This document shows, one piece after another, positions 34,160 to 44,228 of a stretch of 64,000 nucleotides of DNA; the first letter of the stretch is position 1, and the number at the start of each line of letters is the position of its first letter. The notes beneath the pieces are model-generated. The model was not told the origin of the DNA. It was given only the letters and a program-made list of their open reading frames with translations, and searched no databases. Both the position numbers and the translations under genes were made by a program. The DNA is from a virus. The DNA lies in the IMG/VR virus record IMGVR_UViG_3300045988_140928, positions 64,001-128,000 of that record; one strand, 5' to 3'.

Positions 34160-34381
34160 GTGATAAATATTTATGAAGTTAATTACAGTTTACTCAAGGA
34201 AAAACGTAAGGAAAAAGGATTAACCTTAAATGATATGGCTAAAGTTTTAGGTTTAGGTAGTGAAGCGGCTTATTATTATAAGGAAACTGGTAAGAATGCT
34301 TTTTTAGATAGGGATATAGCTATAATTGTTCCTTTATTAGGTATTACGTTTGACGAATTTTTTAAGAAAAAGAAATTTTAG
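34160..34381 (+). CDS. XRE-family HTH protein; likely AUU start at 34169
   Basis: ..KEKGLTLNDMAKVLGLGSEAAYYYKETGKNAF.. HTH. The listed GTG lies inside the AGGAGGTGA SD itself. An in-frame ATT lies 8 nt after GGAGG. Confidence 0.75.
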   Translation: MINIYEVNYSLLKEKRKEKGLTLNDMAKVLGLGSEAAYYYKETGKNAFLDRDIAIIVPLLGITFDEFFKKKKF

Positions 34382-34476
34382 TAAGATGTGTGCAATTTTG
34401 CGCAGGTGTTTATTATATAAGATATAAAAAAGTAGACTGATAAATAATTCAGTCTACTTAGGAGGTTATATAAAGA

Positions 34477-35742
34477 ATGAATAAATTTAAATATGCTAAT
34501 AAAGATATTCATATCTTCGCTATTAATGATAACATATATTTAAATCTTAGGGAAATCTATAAAATTCTTAAAATAAGTAATTATCAGCAATACTTTAAGT
34601 CTATTAGTAAAGAACATACTAGATTACTGTCATACAGTAAGGCAAATAAGAATGTATTTGATGAGCTTAATTATAATAGAAAGCAAAGTGTGTATTTAGT
34701 AGATTTGCAATGGGTATTAGATAATAGTCTAAATGTTAATAACAAATTCAGGTCTACTTTGATTAAAGCTGGGTCTCAAGAAGATGAAGTCAGTAAGGAT
34801 AAAGCTATTATAGGTGTTCCAGAGAAAGTTATTTCTGAGTTAGATACTCATCTGGGTAAAATTTTTAACTACAAGAGTAATGATATTAGAACTGTAATTT
34901 TAGACAGCGAATTATGGTTTCTTGCGAGTGATATAACTAGGATACTAAATTATAGAAATGTTTCTGATGCTCTCTATAAACATGTAGAAAAAGATGACCT
35001 CAAGTCCTTGTCTCCCAAGGTTTATCGCGATTCGCTAACAACCTTTTGGAATAATGAGAATGATTATAGAAATAAATCTATTATTAATATATCTGGTCTG
35101 TTTTCTTTAATTATGGGAAGTCAAATGGAGGAAGCTAAGGACTTTAAGCACTGGGTTACTCATGAAGTTTTAGGTAGTATTTATAAAACAGGATCTTATA
35201 TTGACCCCACTCTTCAAAAGAAGCAACCTACAGCTCTTGTTTTAGAAAATCAAAAATTGAAAGAAGAAGTTGTTTCTTTAAAAGATGAGAATCTTAAATT
35301 ATTAAACGAAAGCAATGAGACGCTAAGAAAGTATGCTAAGATTCTTGAGGAGGGTAGAAATAAGCAGTTACAGGTAAATGAAATTAATAACAGCGATATT
35401 AACCATTTGTCCAATAATGATAATTCAAAATATCAATTATCGTTTTACGCAAAAGGTAGAACAGTTTATCTTAGTGAGTTTGCTAAAGCTTTTTCAGAAC
35501 TACATAATGTTAGTTTAGGTAGAAATAGTTTGTTTAAGTTTCTTAGAGACCATAAGATTTTCAGAGGTAAGAGAAGTCCTAAGTATAACCAACCTACTAA
35601 ACAGTATGAGGATAAAGGCTATTTTAAAGTAACTGATTCAAAAACTGGTGATTATAAAGTTACTAAGCTAACTTATAATGGTCAAGTTTGGTTAGATAAG
35701 TTCTTGCAAGGGAATAGAAAGTTGTCTAAGTATTTAAACTAA
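34477..35742 (+). CDS. antirepressor-like protein (Bro-N + KilAC domains)
   Basis: Central ..IRTVILDSELWFLASDITRILNYRNVSDALYKHV.. is Bro-N. A coiled coil follows. The C-terminus ..LSEFAKAF....GRNSLFKFLRDHKIF......YNQPTKQYEDKGYFKV is KilAC-like. Confidence 0.7.
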   Translation: MNKFKYANKDIHIFAINDNIYLNLREIYKILKISNYQQYFKSISKEHTRLLSYSKANKNVFDELNYNRKQSVYLVDLQWVLDNSLNVNNKFRSTLIKAGSQEDEVSKDKAIIGVPEKVISELDTHLGKIFNYKSNDIRTVILDSELWFLASDITRILNYRNVSDALYKHVEKDDLKSLSPKVYRDSLTTFWNNENDYRNKSIINISGLFSLIMGSQMEEAKDFKHWVTHEVLGSIYKTGSYIDPTLQKKQPTALVLENQKLKEEVVSLKDENLKLLNESNETLRKYAKILEEGRNKQLQVNEINNSDINHLSNNDNSKYQLSFYAKGRTVYLSEFAKAFSELHNVSLGRNSLFKFLRDHKIFRGKRSPKYNQPTKQYEDKGYFKVTDSKTGDYKVTKLTYNGQVWLDKFLQGNRKLSKYLN

Positions 35743-35832
35743 CTAGTTAAAAGGATAAGAATAAAAAAAACTTATCCTTTTACTATTGATTAAATGTAAT
35801 CACTGTGATAACATTAATATTGTTGAAGGAAG

Positions 35833-36048
35833 GTGTTAATTATTGAAAAGATAAATTTAGAAAAGATTAAGACTGCAAGAACTAAACAACATCTTACATT
35901 ACAGGACTTAGCTGATAGCTTAAATCTAAGCCATCGTGGTGTATATGCTTTAAAAGAGCAAGGTAAACGTTCTTTTAAGGTAGACGAGTTACCAATCTTA
36001 TGTAAGGTGTTGCACTTAACGTTAGACGAAATTTACACGAAAGAATAA
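35833..36048 (+). CDS. XRE-family HTH protein; likely AUU start at 35839/35842
   Basis: ..TKQHLTLQDLADSLNLSHRGVYALKEQGKRSF.. The listed GTG is part of the GAAGGAAGGTG SD. In-frame ATT ATT follow. Confidence 0.75.
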   Translation: MLIIEKINLEKIKTARTKQHLTLQDLADSLNLSHRGVYALKEQGKRSFKVDELPILCKVLHLTLDEIYTKE

Positions 36049-36061
36049 GGATAGGAAGTTT

Positions 36062-37024
36062 ATGTTTGAATTTAATTATCACGATACATACGTATATGTA
36101 GTTAACTATAATGGTAAATATTGGGTAGACTGGAAACTACTAGCCTCTCCAGTATTTGATGAAGTCAATTATCAAAAATCAATGAAAAATAATTTTGCAC
36201 TAGATTGTCGATTAATATTAAAAACATCTATTCACAAAGATGATCTACCGAACTTGTTTAAAATTTACTTAGGTAAGTCATGTTATTTAGTAGAATTAAA
36301 TGCTTTAACAGAATATTGTGTTAATTCTGGCCCAATGGAATTTATTGACTTTATCTTTGACGTAGTTATTCCAAAGATTAATAAGACAGATCATGTACAT
36401 ATTGATTGTAAAACAGATAAACTTGTTAAACGTAATTCTAAAAAAGAACAACCCGAAAAGGTAAATGTAGATCTAACTAAGGTTTTATCAAGTATCGAAG
36501 AATTAAAAAAACATCAGCAGATTATTGAAGAAAAACTAGATAAATCTTTAGCTAATACTCCTCATTTATCTGCTAATGACCAAGAACTAATTCGACTATA
36601 TCAAGAAAATCAAGCTTTATCATCTATTAATAATTATGCTCCAGTTTCTGAATCAAAATCATCTCATTCTCAACCTGTAAAGCGAGTTATGGTTGATCTT
36701 AGTAAGGAAACAAGTAAAAGCTTAAAAGACGATAACTCCATGACTATTGCTGATTTCCTACAATCTTTTAATGCTATTTATAATTTATTCTATACAGAAG
36801 AAGAAGTTATTAAGATTTTAAAAGATAGTAAGCAATTAGGAAGCAGTAACAGGATGCCTACTTATAACCAGCCTATTAATAATGCAAAGTATCGTCATTA
36901 TTTTGTTAATGGTAGTGCGCCTAAAGGCCAAGTACCTAAGCTTTCTACAGCCGGTCAATTGTGGCTAGAAAAGAAGTTATTAAGATTTGCTAAGTTTAAT
37001 AGTATGAAGGAGTTGCCAGACTAA
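36062..37024 (+). CDS. antirepressor-like protein (KilAC-like C-terminus)
   Basis: C-terminus ..MTIADFLQSF..EEVIKILKDSKQLGSSNRMPTYNQPINNAKYRHYFV..GQLWLEKKL parallels the C-terminus of 34477-35742. Confidence 0.55.
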   Translation: MFEFNYHDTYVYVVNYNGKYWVDWKLLASPVFDEVNYQKSMKNNFALDCRLILKTSIHKDDLPNLFKIYLGKSCYLVELNALTEYCVNSGPMEFIDFIFDVVIPKINKTDHVHIDCKTDKLVKRNSKKEQPEKVNVDLTKVLSSIEELKKHQQIIEEKLDKSLANTPHLSANDQELIRLYQENQALSSINNYAPVSESKSSHSQPVKRVMVDLSKETSKSLKDDNSMTIADFLQSFNAIYNLFYTEEEVIKILKDSKQLGSSNRMPTYNQPINNAKYRHYFVNGSAPKGQVPKLSTAGQLWLEKKLLRFAKFNSMKELPD

Positions 37025-38160
37025 TGAAAGCTTTAGTATGTGGAGACGTACACTTAACTAATTATGGAATGTTTAATGAACCAACAGATGATCCAGCAGT
37101 AGGTTCTCGTTTATCTTATATCTTAGAGGCGTTAGATGATTTCTTTACTTATGGTAAGGAAAATAACATTAATACATATATCATTAATGGAGACCTATTT
37201 GACTCCCGCCAAAGTGATAATCCAACTACGTTAGCTCATATCCGTAAGCATTTTATTACTAGTTTTAGAAACTTAACTAACCTTAATGGGGTTACGTTAT
37301 ATCTAAATTCTGGTAACCATGATCAACTTACCCGTAGCGTTACTCCAAACAGCCTAGAGGATTTTGAGCTATATTCTACTGATACTCATAAGATTAAAGT
37401 AATTAATGCAGTTACTCCTATTCAGGTAGATAACAATACTGAATTGTTCTTTGTTCCTTATGATGAGGATATTAAGAATACTAAAGAAGCTATTAAAGAT
37501 TATCTTTATAATCATCCTTTCAATGGCTCAGTTAATGTTTTCGCTCACTTAGGTGTAACAGGAGCTACCCAAGGACGCTGGAACCATCGTTTAGGGGGAT
37601 CATTTAACTTGGACGATTTAGGTTGGAATGCACCTAATGTAAAGTCAATTACTTTGTCACATTATCATACTCGCCAGAGTCTTAAAAAAGAGGGTACTAA
37701 AGACGCTTATTATATTGGTGACTTAACTGCTCTTAATTTTAATGATATTGGTAGCAATGGGTTAGGCGTATCTCGTGGATTTGATGAAATTGATTTAGAT
37801 ACAGGAGAGCATAAGTTTATTGACTTAACAGAAGCCCCTTATAATATCCCTACTTTTAATCAAATTAATTTAGATACAGATGATACTTTTGACTTAGCTA
37901 CACAAGTAGATGGTCATTCTTATTATAAGGTTAGTTGTAAGTCAAAAGATACTTATGAACGTCTATCTAAAGAATTAACAGATAATCCTATTGCTCCTCG
38001 TGTGCAATTAATCCTTTTGCCTCAAGAACAACGTGTTACAATTGATGTAGACGCTAATGCTACTGATACTGAATTAGTATCAAAATATTGTGATTTGAAT
38101 TATCCAGAAGTTAAGGATAAAGCATTAGACTACTTAAGAAAGGCAAAAGAAGCAGAGTGA
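37024..38160 (+). CDS. SbcD/Mre11-like metallophosphoesterase nuclease
   Basis: CGDVHL, NGDLFD and SGNHDQ motifs in the canonical order. Confidence 0.7.
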   Translation: MKALVCGDVHLTNYGMFNEPTDDPAVGSRLSYILEALDDFFTYGKENNINTYIINGDLFDSRQSDNPTTLAHIRKHFITSFRNLTNLNGVTLYLNSGNHDQLTRSVTPNSLEDFELYSTDTHKIKVINAVTPIQVDNNTELFFVPYDEDIKNTKEAIKDYLYNHPFNGSVNVFAHLGVTGATQGRWNHRLGGSFNLDDLGWNAPNVKSITLSHYHTRQSLKKEGTKDAYYIGDLTALNFNDIGSNGLGVSRGFDEIDLDTGEHKFIDLTEAPYNIPTFNQINLDTDDTFDLATQVDGHSYYKVSCKSKDTYERLSKELTDNPIAPRVQLILLPQEQRVTIDVDANATDTELVSKYCDLNYPEVKDKALDYLRKAKEAE

Positions 38161-39974
38161 TTACTTTAGAACTAGGAAACATTTTCGTTAAGTTAGTTTT
38201 TGAAAATGTGAATGATAAAACAATTGAATGGGTTTGGAGTCAAATACATACTACCTTTGATCCATTAGACCCTGAAAGATTTAGGAAACGCCTTTATAAC
38301 CTTCGGAAAAGTGACGGAAGTCGGGTATGGGATGGAAGAGTTAACTTATGTGAGGAGAAAGATCATTTAGTACCATTAGGGTTTTATGATAGATTAATGG
38401 TACTTATGAGAAGTATTGAACAATCTTCTGGAATTGTAGTTAAGGTAGTAGATAAACGAGGATTTGCTTTACACTTTGAACTTCCTCGGGAAGTGAATTT
38501 AGATGGTCATGGAAAAGAAAAAGATTTAACTTTGCGTGATTATCAATACGAAGCAGTACAGCAAGTTAATATTGAGCAATCTGGAATTATTCTAAACGCT
38601 GTGAACGCAGGTAAAACCGCATCTGCCGTCACTCTATTTAAATACTTATTACCTAAGATTAATGAGGGACAGCATTTACTTTTTATTGCCCCTAATAAGA
38701 GTATTATGAATCAGATCTACCTTAAATATCAGCACTATTTATCAGAAGATATTGTTGGTATCTGGGGTGATGGTAAAAAAGATATTAACCGTCCTATTAT
38801 CTGTGCTACTATTCAGACTTTATCTTCTGCAATTAAAGAGCCAAAGACTAAGCCTACCAGAAAGAGAGATAAGTTATTAGGTCGTTTTGCTGAACGCTAT
38901 GCACCTGCTATTTTAGAGTCTGGTGATCCTCGATCTAATCTTGAGTTATTAGCTAGGAATTTTCATCCTAACTATAAGTATGAACAAGACGATATTGAGG
39001 AATTACGTAATCTTTATATGAATTTACAAACATCTGATGATGTAAAGGATTACTTTGAGGGTGTACAAAAGCGTTATAAGAAATTACTTTATTCCTTAAA
39101 TGAAGAGGCTTATGAAAAGTATTATGATGCTATTGACCTCTTGAATAATACTAGAGCAGTAGTTTGTGATGAAGCTCATCGTGCTGGTGCAGAGTCTTAT
39201 TGGAAGGTATTTCATTACTTAACTAATGCAAGAGTTAAGGTAGGTCTAACGGGTACTTTAGATAAGACTAAGAAAATTAGTATGGCTCACATTCGTGGAT
39301 TGTTTGGAAAAGACTTAGTAAAAGTCACTAATAAACAGATGATTGAACGGGGCGTGTCTGCTAGACCTCATATTCGTTTAGTACCAATTGATAAGCCAAC
39401 AGATCTCGAACCTCGTATTCAAGCTACAATGATGGCTAAGGGCTATTCCCAGCTACCTACTGCTGATTTGATGTCTTATCAGATTGCATATGATCTAGGA
39501 GTAGTTCATAATGAGTACCGTAACCGTATTGTTGCTGAACTAGCTTATAAGGCTTCTTCTAAGCTAGATAAGCAAGCCGTGTTGATTATGGTTACATCTA
39601 TTGAGCACGGAGAATTGATTGGAGAACAATTAGATAAATTAGGTGCAGAATACCAATTTTTACAGGGTAAAGATAATAGTGATACCCGAGAAAAAGCAAT
39701 TGATGATATTGTTAGTGGTAAGCTTAAGATTGTAATTGCTACTAAGATTTTTGAAGCTGGGATTGATATTCCAAACTTAAAGGTACTAATCCTTTGTGAT
39801 GCCTTAAAGTCTTATATTTCTGTTATTCAAAAGATTGGACGTGTATTGCGGGTAATGCCTGATAAGCGAGACGTGTTTATCTTTGATATAGTAGATAGAA
39901 CACAAAACTCATTATTTAAACACGCCCAAGATCGGGTGAGGTATTATAGAGACGAAGGTTTTGAAGTTAAATAA
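38157..39974 (+). CDS. superfamily-2 DNA helicase (DEAH)
   Basis: AVNAGKTASA (Walker A), VCDEAHRAG, GLTGTL, ATKIFEAGIDIPNL and QKIGRVLR motifs. Confidence 0.8.
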   Translation: MITLELGNIFVKLVFENVNDKTIEWVWSQIHTTFDPLDPERFRKRLYNLRKSDGSRVWDGRVNLCEEKDHLVPLGFYDRLMVLMRSIEQSSGIVVKVVDKRGFALHFELPREVNLDGHGKEKDLTLRDYQYEAVQQVNIEQSGIILNAVNAGKTASAVTLFKYLLPKINEGQHLLFIAPNKSIMNQIYLKYQHYLSEDIVGIWGDGKKDINRPIICATIQTLSSAIKEPKTKPTRKRDKLLGRFAERYAPAILESGDPRSNLELLARNFHPNYKYEQDDIEELRNLYMNLQTSDDVKDYFEGVQKRYKKLLYSLNEEAYEKYYDAIDLLNNTRAVVCDEAHRAGAESYWKVFHYLTNARVKVGLTGTLDKTKKISMAHIRGLFGKDLVKVTNKQMIERGVSARPHIRLVPIDKPTDLEPRIQATMMAKGYSQLPTADLMSYQIAYDLGVVHNEYRNRIVAELAYKASSKLDKQAVLIMVTSIEHGELIGEQLDKLGAEYQFLQGKDNSDTREKAIDDIVSGKLKIVIATKIFEAGIDIPNLKVLILCDALKSYISVIQKIGRVLRVMPDKRDVFIFDIVDRTQNSLFKHAQDRVRYYRDEGFEVK

Positions 39975-39998
39975 ATTTGAAAGGTTCTAGGTTGGTTA

Positions 39999-40523
39999 AT
40001 GGCAGTTAAAAATTATGAACAATATACAGTTACCGAACACGCTAAGAAACGGATTTTAACTCGCTTTAATATTACTAATAAAGAATTTGATGAGTGGTTA
40101 GCCCGTTTACTTTCTCAGTGCACCTATTTAGAAACGCAGGATAATAAGCGAGTACGTTATCGTTTAAATGATATTATTGTAGTTACTGATCCAAAACAGC
40201 ATACAGTGGTAACTGTTTATTCACAAAATGAAAATGAGATTGAGATCTCATCAGCACCAACGAACCCAGAAATACAAACTGTAATTAAAGACGCATTAAA
40301 TGAATATATGAATAAGAAGAAAGTGTCATTAGCTATTAAACTTCAAGAGTCCTTACAACAGGCTTATGACGCTAACCAGCGAATGGTTAATCCTTATTCT
40401 AATTACCGTTATACAAATAAATCTTGGGACGAGTTTTGTAAGGCTTATGAAACTATTACATCTATTGTTGAAAGTGGTAAGTCTTTACTAAAAGAAGCGG
40501 AGTCTAAGATTAAGGAAGGATAA
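39999..40523 (+). CDS. hypothetical protein
   Basis: 174 aa, helical, between the helicase and the polymerase. Confidence 0.6.
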   Translation: MAVKNYEQYTVTEHAKKRILTRFNITNKEFDEWLARLLSQCTYLETQDNKRVRYRLNDIIVVTDPKQHTVVTVYSQNENEIEISSAPTNPEIQTVIKDALNEYMNKKKVSLAIKLQESLQQAYDANQRMVNPYSNYRYTNKSWDEFCKAYETITSIVESGKSLLKEAESKIKEG

Positions 40524-40529
40524 AGTTAT

Positions 40530-43529
40530 ATGAAAAGAATGTTAGTTGTATTGGATCATTATGACGCTGATATGTTTAAAGTAGTTAATAAAAAAGCTGA
40601 GGGTAACTTTTTACATAGCGTAGTAGGTTCAATTATTTCTAATAAAATTATTGGTCACCCAAAGACTGGTTTAGATACTAAAGACACGACAGTAGATTTA
40701 AAGTTTTTTTATACTGATAAGGTACCGCCTCGTAATAAGTACACTAATGCAGTAGTTAAGCCCCCTGCTAGTATTTTGCATAAGAAGCGTGACGAGATGG
40801 TTCAATACATTTTAGATACTAAACCAGATATTGTAGTCTCCTATGGAAGCTGGTTTAAAAATGAATTAACCTCTTTATATAAGCTCCCTAAGGATATGTT
40901 TGAATTAATTCCGTTTAAGCTACCCCAAAGTGACTTTACTACTTATCTAGTATTTAATCCGTCATTGAAACAACAATTCTTCTTAGGTAGTTATGAACGA
41001 GATAAGATGATTATTAGTAATCGAATGGTTAATCGGTTTTTAAAAGGCGGAATTGAAAATACTAAACCACAGTTTGGTAAGTATCGTTTAGTTACTAATT
41101 ATCATGAGGTAGAACGTATTTTTAATGAAGTTTTACCTAAGTACCCAATCATCGCACTAGACTTTGAAACTAATACCCTTGAAACCTATCGTAAAGGTGC
41201 TAAAGCTATTATGGTAAGTATGAGTTGGGAGGAGCACCAAGGGGTTTCAATCCCACTTAACCACCGTCTTAGTCCTAATTTGTGGACTAAGGAACAATTC
41301 GATAATATCATTAATATGATTAAAGAATTAATGATGAAAGATCAGCGTAAGGTTTTGCATAACTGTATCTATGATATTCATATGATGATGGATATTTACG
41401 GACTAGAGTATGCTACTAATTGTGTTGATACCATGCTTATGTATTATGAGACAGTAGACGAAAACCAAGGTGCTCAGCGTGGGTTAAAGCATTTAGCTTA
41501 TAAGTATACTGATATGGGTGGTTATGAAGACGAACGTGACCGAGCTATTGAGCAGTATTTAAAGAATGATTATGACCGTTGGTATTCTACTGAGATGGAG
41601 AAGTACGAAAAAGGCGAACGTAGTCGTAAGCCAAGTAAGACCCAGTATACAGCTCCTACTAACCAAGTAGATGGAGGTAAAGTAGACTTCGAATGGTTAC
41701 CTATGGAAACTATTTATAAGTATGCTTCTGCTGATACTGATGTTACGCTCCAGCTTTATCACATTTTCGATAAGAAGGTTAAGTCCCGTCCTAAGTGGAT
41801 TAAGTTCTGCTATGAATTCTTCCCACAATTATGTGATACTTTAGCTTATATGCAACATACTGGTTTTCAAATGGATATGGATAAGATGGAGAAGTACAGA
41901 AAGCACTTCACTAAAGATATTGAAGAAGTTACTAAAAAGATGTACGAGGTCTCTCCTGAAATTCAAGAATATGAAAATCATAATTTAGCTCTTTTGCAAG
42001 AACGGGAACAGATTAAGACTATTAAACCTGCTAATCGGACACCGGAGCAGAAAGAAAAGTTTAAGGAATATGGTAAATTACGTGGTGAAGATACTAATGG
42101 TATTCCTAAGTATAAGTTTAACCCCGGATCTAGTGAAAAGATTGGTTATGTTTTATATCATATGCTAGGTTACAAACTACCTGCTGATAAAGAGTATTTA
42201 AAGCCAAAAGCTGTCCAGTCTCGTAAGTTAAGCCACCCAGAGAAGCTCACGTGGAAAGATTATAAGACTGATCGTAATTCAGCCCTACCTTATATTAAAA
42301 AGACTTATCATGCTCCTTTAGTAGATTTATTATTAACTTATTCCAATGATAAGAAGATGATTAGTTCTACTATTGAGGGATATAGTAAGTTGGCTGATGA
42401 TACGGGCAAGCTTCATACTACATTTCACCCTACTGGAACTGTGACTAGTCGACTTGCATCTAGTGGACCAAATTTACAGAATGTGAAAAAACCTACAAGC
42501 AATGTAAATGATCCTAATTATAATTACTCGGCTAAGGGATTATTTAAATCACGTTTTAAGGATGGATATATTTTTAATATTGATTATAAGTCACTAGAAA
42601 TTTTTGTATCGTCTTTAATTTCTAAGGATATTGGTATGATGCAGGCTTTAATGGATGGCGCAGATATACATAAACGTAATGCCAGTTTAGCCTTTAACAT
42701 TCCTATTGATGAGGTAGATTCCGAACATAGATACCTTGCGAAAGCGGTTTCATTCGGACTTCTATATGGCGAGTCTCCACAGGGGCTTTCAGACTCTCGT
42801 GGATTAACTTTAGAAGAAGCTCAACAAGTTTATGATAAAGTGCTAAGTGCGATGCCACAAATGCAAAAGGCGATTGAAGTTACCGAAGACTTTGTAGAGC
42901 AACGAGGATATGTAGAGACGATTGCAGGGCACGTAAGACGTTTGCCAGAAGCTACTCAAAGCTTAGACTATGGTAAGAAATCTCGTGCTATACGTCAGTC
43001 CTTTAACGCAGTGGTACAAGGTAGTTCTGCCTATTGTACTAATACTGCTTTGATTATTATTCGTAATATGATACGTAAATTTAAGCTAAAGTCTCGTATT
43101 GCTATTACAGTTCATGATTCGATCGTTTTAGACGTACACCCAGATGAGATTGATATTGTCCCTAAGATGGTTAAAAGAGTAATGGATCATTTACCTATCC
43201 AAGACTTTATTCTTAACATAAAAGATTACCCTAATTTGAAAATTGCTGATAAGTATAAGATTAACGATACTCAGTTCCGTTTTCCGTTGTTTGGTGAACT
43301 TGCTTTTGGTAAGACTTATGGTGATGACCTTGACTTTGACTTTGATGATTATGAAGCTTTAGGAATTGCTAAATATTATGAGTTTAGCATGAAGTGTAAG
43401 TATATTGAGGATAAAGCTAATACTGATTTAAGCAATGAAGACGATAATGATAAGAAAGCCGAGATTGTTAAACAACGTGATAAAGATATTAAAGAATTAA
43501 GGTCTAAGTACTTTGAGAAGGAGAATTAG
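40530..43529 (+). CDS. family A DNA polymerase with 3'-5' exonuclease domain
   Basis: ALDFETNTL (Exo I), NCIYDIHMM (Exo II), DYKSLEIFV (motif A), RYLAKAVSFGLLYG (motif B) and TVHDSIVLD (motif C). Uninterrupted 999-aa ORF. Confidence 0.95.
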   Translation: MKRMLVVLDHYDADMFKVVNKKAEGNFLHSVVGSIISNKIIGHPKTGLDTKDTTVDLKFFYTDKVPPRNKYTNAVVKPPASILHKKRDEMVQYILDTKPDIVVSYGSWFKNELTSLYKLPKDMFELIPFKLPQSDFTTYLVFNPSLKQQFFLGSYERDKMIISNRMVNRFLKGGIENTKPQFGKYRLVTNYHEVERIFNEVLPKYPIIALDFETNTLETYRKGAKAIMVSMSWEEHQGVSIPLNHRLSPNLWTKEQFDNIINMIKELMMKDQRKVLHNCIYDIHMMMDIYGLEYATNCVDTMLMYYETVDENQGAQRGLKHLAYKYTDMGGYEDERDRAIEQYLKNDYDRWYSTEMEKYEKGERSRKPSKTQYTAPTNQVDGGKVDFEWLPMETIYKYASADTDVTLQLYHIFDKKVKSRPKWIKFCYEFFPQLCDTLAYMQHTGFQMDMDKMEKYRKHFTKDIEEVTKKMYEVSPEIQEYENHNLALLQEREQIKTIKPANRTPEQKEKFKEYGKLRGEDTNGIPKYKFNPGSSEKIGYVLYHMLGYKLPADKEYLKPKAVQSRKLSHPEKLTWKDYKTDRNSALPYIKKTYHAPLVDLLLTYSNDKKMISSTIEGYSKLADDTGKLHTTFHPTGTVTSRLASSGPNLQNVKKPTSNVNDPNYNYSAKGLFKSRFKDGYIFNIDYKSLEIFVSSLISKDIGMMQALMDGADIHKRNASLAFNIPIDEVDSEHRYLAKAVSFGLLYGESPQGLSDSRGLTLEEAQQVYDKVLSAMPQMQKAIEVTEDFVEQRGYVETIAGHVRRLPEATQSLDYGKKSRAIRQSFNAVVQGSSAYCTNTALIIIRNMIRKFKLKSRIAITVHDSIVLDVHPDEIDIVPKMVKRVMDHLPIQDFILNIKDYPNLKIADKYKINDTQFRFPLFGELAFGKTYGDDLDFDFDDYEALGIAKYYEFSMKCKYIEDKANTDLSNEDDNDKKAEIVKQRDKDIKELRSKYFEKEN

Positions 43530-43532
43530 ATA

Positions 43533-44228
43533 GTGTACGCTAAAGATTGTTATACAGGTTTAAAAGTTGGCAGATTAACTTTAATTAAACAAATATCTTG
43601 GGTTCCCCGTACAGTAAAAGTTAATGGTTGGTTATGCCGATGTGATTGTGGTAATTTAGTTAAAGTTAGAACTAATTCTATAGGTAGCCCAACGATTTCA
43701 TGTGGTTGTTATAATAGAGAAAAAGCATCTAAAGGTTCTAAAGCTTATTCACAGAAAGGTAATCCTTATTATAGACTGTATCGTGTATGGTGCGCTCTTC
43801 GGGAGCGTTGTGATAAGCCATCGTCTAAAGATTATGCTAACTATGGGGGTCGAGGTATAAAATATGACCCCTCATGGTCAAAGTTTGAGAACTTTTTAGA
43901 CTGGTCTATTGATAATGGGTATGATTATCATAAAACAGGCGTAGAACAATCTTTAGATCGAATTGATGTTAATGGTGATTACTCATCTAGTAACTGTAGA
44001 TGGGTTGATGACTGTATACAGGCAAATAATAAGAGAAATAATGTTTTAATATCTTATCATGGTGTTACAAAAACGATTCGAGGATGGTCTGATTATTTTA
44101 ATCTACCCTTTGATTTAGTTCGTAGTAGATATAAAGAAGGATATACCGGAGATGATCTTTTTAGGCCTAAAGGTAGTAGGAGTAAAAAGTTTAAAAATAA
44201 ATATTTTAAAAAGGTTGACAATAACTAG
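43533..44228 (+). CDS. free-standing DNA-binding / homing-endonuclease-like protein (Cys cluster + YGGRGI motif)
   Basis: GTG start 9 nt after GAAGGAG. ..WLCRCDCGN...CGCY.., YRLYRVWCALRERC, and YANYGGRGIKYDPSW. Function not established. Confidence 0.5.
   Translation: MYAKDCYTGLKVGRLTLIKQISWVPRTVKVNGWLCRCDCGNLVKVRTNSIGSPTISCGCYNREKASKGSKAYSQKGNPYYRLYRVWCALRERCDKPSSKDYANYGGRGIKYDPSWSKFENFLDWSIDNGYDYHKTGVEQSLDRIDVNGDYSSSNCRWVDDCIQANNKRNNVLISYHGVTKTIRGWSDYFNLPFDLVRSRYKEGYTGDDLFRPKGSRSKKFKNKYFKKVDNN

Noticed and set aside
34160-37024. A lysogeny module (temperate lifestyle) inferred from the XRE and antirepressor genes.
   Set aside because: The window has no integrase, excisionase, CI-size repressor or attachment site. 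The overall gene content (own polymerase, tRNAs, early promoter arrays) fits a virulent phage.
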